The notes under the pieces were generated by a model that saw nothing but the letters and a program-made list of their open reading frames with translations, was not told the origin of the DNA and searched no databases. From positions 1 to 24,314 of the IMG/VR virus record IMGVR_UViG_3300012665_000512: a stretch of 24,314 nt of DNA, one strand, 5' to 3'. The stretch is from a virus (Duplodnaviria; Caudoviricetes). Shown here in pieces: positions 18,154 through 24,314 of this stretch. Every line of letters starts with the position of its first letter. Positions within the stretch are counted from its first letter, which is position 1. The translations under genes were made by a program, and so were the position numbers.

Positions 18154-19725
18154 ATGGCAAAAAGTTTAGACGGCGTATTAATTAAAAAGGCACATGTAAA
18201 GCAAAAGTGGTCTGAAGAAGACATTGCTCACATGCTAGCCTGTGCAGACCCCGTGACTGGGCCAGAGCATTTCATTAAGAATTTTTTCTGGATACAGCAT
18301 CCTACAAGAGGTAAGATGCAGTTTGCTCCTTTTGAATTTCAAGAGCGATTATTATCCAGTTATCACAACTTCCGTTTTAACATTAACATGATGCCACGTC
18401 AGACTGGTAAGTCTACAACAGCGGCGGGTTATCTGTTGTGGTATGCTATGTTTGTCCCAGATTCAACTATTCTTATTGCGGCACACAAGTATACTGGTTC
18501 ACAGGAAATTATGCAACGTATACGTTTTGCATATGAATTATGTCCAGATTTTTTACGTGCAGGTGTTACAAGTTATAACAAGGGTAGCATTGAGTTTGAC
18601 AATGGTTCACGTATCGTGTCAACTACTACAACAGAGAATACTGGTCGTGGTATGTCAATATCATTACTATACTGTGATGAGTTTGCGTTCGTTGCTCCAA
18701 ACATTGCCACTGAATTCTGGACTTCAATATCACCTACACTAGCCACAGGTGGTAAAGCAATTATTACTTCAACACCAAACAGTGACGAAGACCAATTTGC
18801 TATTATTTGGAAAGAAGCTGAAAAACGTTTTGACGAATTTGGTAACGAACAAGATTTAGGTACTAACGGATTCCATTCATTCAAAGCTCACTGGAGTGAA
18901 CATCCAGAACGTAGTCAAAAATGGGCAGACGAAGAAAAGTCACGTATTGGTGAAGAACGATTCCGTCGTGAACATGAATGTGAGTTCTTGATTTTTGACG
19001 AAACACTGATTAACAGTATTACATTAAGCAACATGAAAGGCGAAGATCCTATTTTAAAAATGGGACAAACACGCTGGTATGGTAAAATTAAACACGATAA
19101 GAATTATATTGTGGCAATGGATCCTAGTTTAGGCACTGGTGGGGACTATGCGGCTATTCAAGTGTTTGAACTTCCTGGTATGGTACAAATTGCCGAGTGG
19201 CATCATAACACAACCCCTGTACAGGGGCAAGTTCGCATACTAAGAGAAATTTGCAAGTACATAAGCGATAACTTGGGTGGAACCTTAAACAGTCCTAAAG
19301 TATATTACAGTGTGGAAAATAATACACTGGGAGAAGCCGCATTAATTGCTATCAATGAGATAGGGGAAGAAAATATCCCAGGGCTATTTGTCAGTGAGCC
19401 AATACGCAGAGGACACGTTCGTAAGTATCGAAAAGGGTTTAATACTACCCACAATACTAAGATATCAGCTTGTTCCAAACTTAAACAGTTAATTGAAACT
19501 AATACAATTCAGATCAAAAGCCGCCCATTAATCAGCGAATTAAAGGCATTTATAGCGGCAGGCATTACATTTAAAGCAAAAAGCGGGGAGCATGATGACT
19601 TGGTCATGTGTATGCTACTGGCTATTAGAATGCTGGGCGTTTTAAGTGACTGGGATCCGGCGGTGTACGATTTACTAAGAAATGGGGAAGAAGAGATTCT
19701 ACCAATGCCCATATTCATGAGTTAA
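18154..19725 (+). CDS. terL: Terminase large subunit (T4 gp17-like)
   Basis: Q-motif FEFQ, Walker A MPRQTGKST, Walker B LLYCDEFAF, motif III ITSTPN, nuclease acidic motifs AMDPSLG, VENN and HDDLV. Confidence 0.95.
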   Translation: MAKSLDGVLIKKAHVKQKWSEEDIAHMLACADPVTGPEHFIKNFFWIQHPTRGKMQFAPFEFQERLLSSYHNFRFNINMMPRQTGKSTTAAGYLLWYAMFVPDSTILIAAHKYTGSQEIMQRIRFAYELCPDFLRAGVTSYNKGSIEFDNGSRIVSTTTTENTGRGMSISLLYCDEFAFVAPNIATEFWTSISPTLATGGKAIITSTPNSDEDQFAIIWKEAEKRFDEFGNEQDLGTNGFHSFKAHWSEHPERSQKWADEEKSRIGEERFRREHECEFLIFDETLINSITLSNMKGEDPILKMGQTRWYGKIKHDKNYIVAMDPSLGTGGDYAAIQVFELPGMVQIAEWHHNTTPVQGQVRILREICKYISDNLGGTLNSPKVYYSVENNTLGEAALIAINEIGEENIPGLFVSEPIRRGHVRKYRKGFNTTHNTKISACSKLKQLIETNTIQIKSRPLISELKAFIAAGITFKAKSGEHDDLVMCMLLAIRMLGVLSDWDPAVYDLLRNGEEEILPMPIFMS

Positions 19726-19729
19726 ACAA

Positions 19730-19737
19730 TATAAATA
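19730..19737 (+). promoter_or_regulatory. T4-type late promoter, perfect consensus TATAAATA
   Basis: Exact TATAAATA in a 17-bp intergenic gap, 5 nt before the ATG at 19743. Confidence 0.7.
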
Positions 19738-19742
19738 GCTAT

Positions 19743-22385
19743 ATGATTAATCAAGACATTATTGCACAGGACCTTTTCTATAAAATACGTGGTCGTTTCC
19801 CTACAATGGAAATGGGTGACGAGGATGGGACTCCTACTTTCGAAGCTACCAAGGGAAGATTCTTCAATTTTGATGCTGTGTTTGAAGGTGTGAATTTAGG
19901 CAAAGTTAGTATCAATATTAAAGAACCTGGACGTTTAAAGATATATTTCAATCGTAACATACTTGAAAGTGCGGACGATTTTATTGGTAAGCAATGGTTT
20001 GGTTTCTTAAAAGAAATGAGAAAATTTGCCATGAAAAGAATAATGAGTCTTGATGCACGAGACATTAGTAAAGAAAATTTAGATAAAAATGATTTTGGCT
20101 ACCTAGCCAACAAAGGACCAATTATGAGTGAATCAGCAATGTTTGGCACTAGCAGAACTAGTTACAAGCCATTAGACAATACAAAATTAATAATCATACA
20201 TACTGGCCCAGTTGATGATACTATTCCTGGCGCACGTAGCAGACACATTAAGAGTTTGTTCGTTCAAAATAAAGAAGGTGAGCGTTTCAAATATCCATTT
20301 ATTCACAAACTAGGCGCAGAGTGTATGTTACGTCACGTGGCTAACGGCGGTGTACCTTATGATGATGTTGGTAACAGCATTGTTGAAATGAGTAAGGAAA
20401 TTGCACAGTTGGCTAGTTTTAAACGTTACGTTGGCAATCACGATTTAATGAACAGTGATACTAACCACATAGTGGGTCGAGCAAATGAAAGACTAGCAAG
20501 CCTAAAAGAAACAATGCGTAGGATGACCAAACAACATCATTACGATGCATATAAAGAAAGCTTCCAAGCACCGTCAACTGATAATGTAATAGACGAAGTC
20601 ACAATGGAAGATTACAAAAACAAATTCACAGTAAAAAGTTTCCAAGAGAATATTGCAGATGTGTTCCCACTACTACATAAAATTATGCAAGAAACAAGCG
20701 AATTAAATTTAGAAGATGTAGTAGGCGAGCAACAAGTTGAAGAAGAGTTAGACGAAAATTATAGCGCAACTCCAGAAGACCAATTTAATGAATGGGCTGA
20801 GGAAGTTGTTGAGGCAAGTTTAGATGAAGCTAGCGATGGTCCACAAGTTCAATATATTGGCGGCAATCAATTTCAAGTAGAAGCTGATGGTCAAACATTT
20901 ATGGCAACTGCGACCACTGTTCGCGATGGCAATGAATATGACGATCCTGTTCAATGGATGGATGTTGCATTAACAGACTCTGCGGGACAACCATTAGATA
21001 ACCCTGTGTTAGCTGACGAAGTAGAAGAAATTCTTAATAATCAATTTGGCGAGCAAGCAATGGATTATCAAAGTGACATGGATGTTGACGCAGGCGATGC
21101 GGCCCATGATGCTTATAAAGATTCACAATACGAAGAAGGACAGGGAATGAATAATGAATTAAACGACATCCGCAAAATGGCCGGATTGAAACAACAAGAT
21201 ATTACAGACGAAGGCAAACTTGACGGTGTTGGAAAAGTATTAAGTAAAGTCGGCGATGTAGCAGGTAAGGCAATTGCTAGCTTTGCAACTAACCCTGTAA
21301 CAAGAGTTGGCACAGTTGGAGCTGGACTTGCAGGCAACGCTGTTTATCAAAGTAACAAAGAAAAAGATCAAGATAATTCAGCTAAAGATGCCAACAATGC
21401 TGAAGAGCCAACAAAAGAAGAATCCGGCGATCAAACTCCAGATGAGAAAAAGGCCGCAATGGAATATTTGCAGTCAGTTGCTCGTGCAATTAAATCTGGT
21501 CAAGTACAGCCAGAAGAAGTTGAACAAGAGTTCTTTAACACACTACCAATGATGGGTGTTAGCGATGAACGAACAATGGCTGCTTGGGATCGTATTACTG
21601 GTAACACTCCAGCACCAAAACGTAGTGCAATGAGTGACCAAGATATTGATGCAGAATTAAAAGGCATGAAGAACAGTGAAGAAGATGATGATGCACAGTT
21701 CTTAGCTAACTTACGTAGCAAGGCACAAAGCGGCAGTATTAAATCTGACGACACTGGCTTTGGTGCAGAAAAAGAAGGTATCGAAGATCAAGTTGGCGCC
21801 CCAGGCGAAGACATTGAACAAGATGAGAAACACGCAGTGGTTGAAAAATCTAAGAATCCAATTAAACAATATGTTGATGGATTTTATGATGCAGAAACAC
21901 AATTATATCCTTTAGGAGTACAAGGTGTACTTACTAAAGCATTGAAAGAATTTGACATCGAAGATGGCTCAAAAGAAGCAAGAGCAATTGAGGCTTACAT
22001 CGAAAGTAATAATTCAGGATCACAACACGGAGAACATGATATGGATCGCAATGAAAGAGACGCATTTGAAGACATTCGCAGACTAAGTGGTCTTCCTGTG
22101 TTAGCAGAAGCTAAATCAAAGAAAGCTAAAAGAGATTACGACGAAGATGGCAAAATCGAAACTGGCGAAGAAGAACATGCTGGTTCAATTGACAAAGCAA
22201 TTAAAAAGGCAATGAATAAAACAGAAGAAAGCGTAGAGCTAGATGATATTTTAAAACTATCTGGTATGAAAAAAGTTGTAGAAGCAAAGGCAAAATGCAC
22301 TTGTGAAGACACTGAATCAACTTGTGCAGTACACAGCAAAGATGACAAAACCAAAAAAGATATGGCAAAACCAAAGAAGAAATAA
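19743..22385 (+). CDS. Large hypothetical protein: globular-looking N-terminal region (about 320 aa) and acidic modular C-terminal region; candidate prohead core / internal protein
   Basis: 880-aa ORF behind a late promoter. The C-terminal region is Glu/Asp-rich, with three DI[RL][KR][LM][AS]G[LM] motifs, a DYDEDG loop and a CxC-x6-C-x2-H cluster. Confidence 0.7.
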   Translation: MINQDIIAQDLFYKIRGRFPTMEMGDEDGTPTFEATKGRFFNFDAVFEGVNLGKVSINIKEPGRLKIYFNRNILESADDFIGKQWFGFLKEMRKFAMKRIMSLDARDISKENLDKNDFGYLANKGPIMSESAMFGTSRTSYKPLDNTKLIIIHTGPVDDTIPGARSRHIKSLFVQNKEGERFKYPFIHKLGAECMLRHVANGGVPYDDVGNSIVEMSKEIAQLASFKRYVGNHDLMNSDTNHIVGRANERLASLKETMRRMTKQHHYDAYKESFQAPSTDNVIDEVTMEDYKNKFTVKSFQENIADVFPLLHKIMQETSELNLEDVVGEQQVEEELDENYSATPEDQFNEWAEEVVEASLDEASDGPQVQYIGGNQFQVEADGQTFMATATTVRDGNEYDDPVQWMDVALTDSAGQPLDNPVLADEVEEILNNQFGEQAMDYQSDMDVDAGDAAHDAYKDSQYEEGQGMNNELNDIRKMAGLKQQDITDEGKLDGVGKVLSKVGDVAGKAIASFATNPVTRVGTVGAGLAGNAVYQSNKEKDQDNSAKDANNAEEPTKEESGDQTPDEKKAAMEYLQSVARAIKSGQVQPEEVEQEFFNTLPMMGVSDERTMAAWDRITGNTPAPKRSAMSDQDIDAELKGMKNSEEDDDAQFLANLRSKAQSGSIKSDDTGFGAEKEGIEDQVGAPGEDIEQDEKHAVVEKSKNPIKQYVDGFYDAETQLYPLGVQGVLTKALKEFDIEDGSKEARAIEAYIESNNSGSQHGEHDMDRNERDAFEDIRRLSGLPVLAEAKSKKAKRDYDEDGKIETGEEEHAGSIDKAIKKAMNKTEESVELDDILKLSGMKKVVEAKAKCTCEDTESTCAVHSKDDKTKKDMAKPKKK

Positions 22386-22409
22386 TTTCAAAAATAATCT
22401 AAATTTTTG

Positions 22410-22438
22410 TTGACTTGATAAATAAAAGCGTATACAAT
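22410..22438 (+). promoter_or_regulatory. Sigma70-type promoter for ssb with an embedded late-promoter core
   Basis: TTGACT (22410-22415), 17-nt spacer, TACAAT (22433-22438); TAAATA at 22419-22424 lies inside the spacer. Confidence 0.7.
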
Positions 22439-22460
22439 AACATGTATGCGCTTTTTGTTT
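22424..22460 (+). terminator. Hairpin plus T tract overlapping the ssb promoter; likely terminator of upstream late transcripts
   Basis: AAAAGCGTATACA-ATAACA-TGTATGCGCTTTT (13-bp stem, one G:T pair) followed by TGTTTT. Confidence 0.55.
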
Positions 22461-22521
22461 TATGCAGTGGCATATTACAAAGTAAGGCAAATAAAGGCAC
22501 ATATTAAAAGGAGAAACTATT

Positions 22522-23514
22522 ATGGCATCTTTAGCAGAAATTAGAGCAAAACTTCAAGAGCAGAACACACGCCAATCCGGCGGTCAAACAGGTGGCGACA
22601 ACGCCATTTTCCCACACTGGAATATCGCAGAAGGACAAGAAGTAACTGTCCGTTTCCTTCCAGACAACGATCCAAGCAACACATTTTTCTGGGCAGAACG
22701 TGCCATGATCAAACTTCCATTCGCTGGAGTTAAAGGTCAAACAGATTCACGTCCTGTAACAGTACAAGTTCCATGTATGGAAATGTGGGGCGAGACTTGC
22801 CCAATCCTAACTGAAGTACGTCCTTGGTTTAAGGACAAGAGTTTGGAAGACATGGGTCGTAAATATTGGAAAAAGAAATCTTACGTTTTCCAAGGCTTTG
22901 TTGTTGATGCTGGTAAATTCAAAGAAGACCGCACACCAGAAAATCCAATTCGTAGATTCATTATTGGTCCACAAATCTTTAATATTATTAAAGGTGCTTT
23001 GATGGATAATGAGATTGAAGAATTGCCAACAGACATGATGCGTGGCTTGGACTTCAAAATTGTTAAAACTACCAAAGGTGGTTATGCTGATTACAGCACA
23101 TCAAAGTGGTCACGTCGTGAACGTGCTCTTGGCGATGATGAACAAGATGCAGTTAAAGCAAATGGCTTGTTCAACTTGCGTGATTTCCTTCCAAAGAAAC
23201 CAGGCGAAGTTGAATTGAAAGTTATCAAAGAGATGTTTGAAGCATCTGTTGATGGCGAAGCATTTGACATGGATCGTTGGGGACAATACTTTAAGCCAGC
23301 AGGTATGGCCAGTACTGGTCGTAACGCAGATCCTGAAGCCGATGTAGGCGCAGTTGACACAGCTCCAAAGGTAACAGCGGCAGCTCCAAAAGCTGAAGCA
23401 GTTGAAACAGCACCGTGGGAAGACAAAGCCCCTGCTGAAGAAACTAAGTCACCAAGTAGCGAACGTGCCCAAGACATCTTGGCAGCAATCCGTTCACGTC
23501 AGAACAAACAATAA
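22522..23514 (+). CDS. Single-stranded DNA-binding protein (T4 gp32-like)
   Basis: VRFLPD, C..MWGETCPI, YWKKKSY, GLDFKIVK and GYADYSTSKW fit gp32-family OB-fold proteins. AAGGAG SD at 22508-22513. Followed by the recombinase. Confidence 0.85.
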   Translation: MASLAEIRAKLQEQNTRQSGGQTGGDNAIFPHWNIAEGQEVTVRFLPDNDPSNTFFWAERAMIKLPFAGVKGQTDSRPVTVQVPCMEMWGETCPILTEVRPWFKDKSLEDMGRKYWKKKSYVFQGFVVDAGKFKEDRTPENPIRRFIIGPQIFNIIKGALMDNEIEELPTDMMRGLDFKIVKTTKGGYADYSTSKWSRRERALGDDEQDAVKANGLFNLRDFLPKKPGEVELKVIKEMFEASVDGEAFDMDRWGQYFKPAGMASTGRNADPEADVGAVDTAPKVTAAAPKAEAVETAPWEDKAPAEETKSPSSERAQDILAAIRSRQNKQ

Positions 23515-23533
23515 CATTTAGGAGGGTTTACGA

Positions 23534-24314
23534 ATGGCTAAGGCATTTGATGTGTCTAAGTTTCGTAAAACCCTCACTAAGTCTATTGATGGGCTTGGTG
23601 TTGGTTTTAACGATCCTACAGACTGGATTTCAACAGGTAATTACGCACTCAACTACCTGATCAGCAGTGACTTTAACAAGGGTATTCCTCTTGGCAAAGT
23701 AACAGTATTTGCTGGTGAAAGTGGTGCAGGTAAATCTTATATTTGCTCAGGCAATATTGTAAGACACGCACAAGAACAAGGCATTTTTGTTGTATTAGTT
23801 GACAGCGAAAACGCACTTGATGAATCTTGGTTACACGCACTTGGTGTAGATACAAGCGAAGAAAAACTTCTTAAACTTAACATGGCTATGATTGATGACG
23901 TCGCAAGGACTATTCATGAATTCATGAAAGAGTATAAAGAAATGACAGATCGTCCAAAAGTTCTTTTCGTTATTGACTCACTGGGTATGTTGCTAACACC
24001 AACTGATATTAATCAATTTGAAGCAGGTGATTTGAAAGGTGACATGGGCCGTAAGCCTAAAGCACTAACAGCACTAGTTCGTAATTGCGTTAATATGTTT
24101 GGTAGCTATAACGTAGGCATGGTTTGTACTAACCACACTTACGCAAGTCAAGACATGTTTGATCCAGATGACAAAATTAGTGGTGGACAAGGTTTCGTTT
24201 ACGCATCTAGTATTGTTGTTGCGATGAAAAAGCTCAAACTTAAAACAGATGCTGACGGCAATAAAACTACAACTGTAAACGGTATCCGTGCGGCTTGTAA
24301 GATTATGAAAACAC
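23534..24314 (+). CDS. uvsX: UvsX/RecA-like recombinase, 3'-truncated by window edge (absent from the ORF track)
   Basis: Manual translation MAKAFDVSKFRK...WISTGNYALNYLIS...GIPLGKVTVFAGESGAGKS (Walker A)...VDSENALD...LFVIDSLG (Walker B)...TNHTY...SGGQGFVYASS. AGGAGG SD at 23520. No stop before the window end. Confidence 0.92.
   Translation, partial: MAKAFDVSKFRKTLTKSIDGLGVGFNDPTDWISTGNYALNYLISSDFNKGIPLGKVTVFAGESGAGKSYICSGNIVRHAQEQGIFVVLVDSENALDESWLHALGVDTSEEKLLKLNMAMIDDVARTIHEFMKEYKEMTDRPKVLFVIDSLGMLLTPTDINQFEAGDLKGDMGRKPKALTALVRNCVNMFGSYNVGMVCTNHTYASQDMFDPDDKISGGQGFVYASSIVVAMKKLKLKTDADGNKTTTVNGIRAACKIMKT

Noticed and set aside
18154-19725. Intron or intein in terL (or in the visible part of uvsX)
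   Set aside because: Both frames are continuous with normally spaced motifs and no extra insertion.
477-23855. Many short (60-155 aa) nested or antisense ORFs in the ORF track
   Set aside because: They are shadows of long, motif-supported genes, with no recognisable domains. The 6873-7211 ORF is kept because it fills its own gap and has clear motifs.
1-24314. Stop-codon reassignment, as seen in some large phages
   Set aside because: Standard code 11 already yields full-length, tightly packed genes, with TAA and TGA both used as stops. No conserved gene appears fragmented by in-frame stops.

Overview
This AT-rich, densely coding window comes from a large T4-related myovirus (tailed dsDNA phage) and spans most of the virion morphogenesis block and the start of the replication block. 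In order it holds: a 5'-truncated subtilisin (S8) protease fused to an HSL-type alpha/beta hydrolase; a minus-strand operon (gp14-like neck, gp15-like tail terminator, Nudix hydrolase) divergent from a gp13-like neck gene; dNMP kinase; a Zn-finger/HNH-like protein; a 1100-aa tail sheath; tail tube and a tube paralogue; gp4-like head-completion nuclease; a probable small terminase; three unknown proteins (one with LysM); large terminase; an 880-aa acidic unknown protein; gp32-like SSB; and a 3'-truncated UvsX/RecA. The most interesting signal is a set of unannotated proteins around terL that share a repeated short helix motif (ELxDI[RL]KL[AS]G[LM]), T4-like capsid-targeting and prohead-protease signatures, and a shared amphipathic plus Gly/Ala-rich hydrophobic module. 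This suggests a capsid-packaged, protease-processed, ejected cargo system. Also notable are late promoters (TAAATA) placed 5-7 nt before start codons, implying leaderless mRNAs for low-copy virion parts. All product calls come from motif recognition and gene context; no searches were run.
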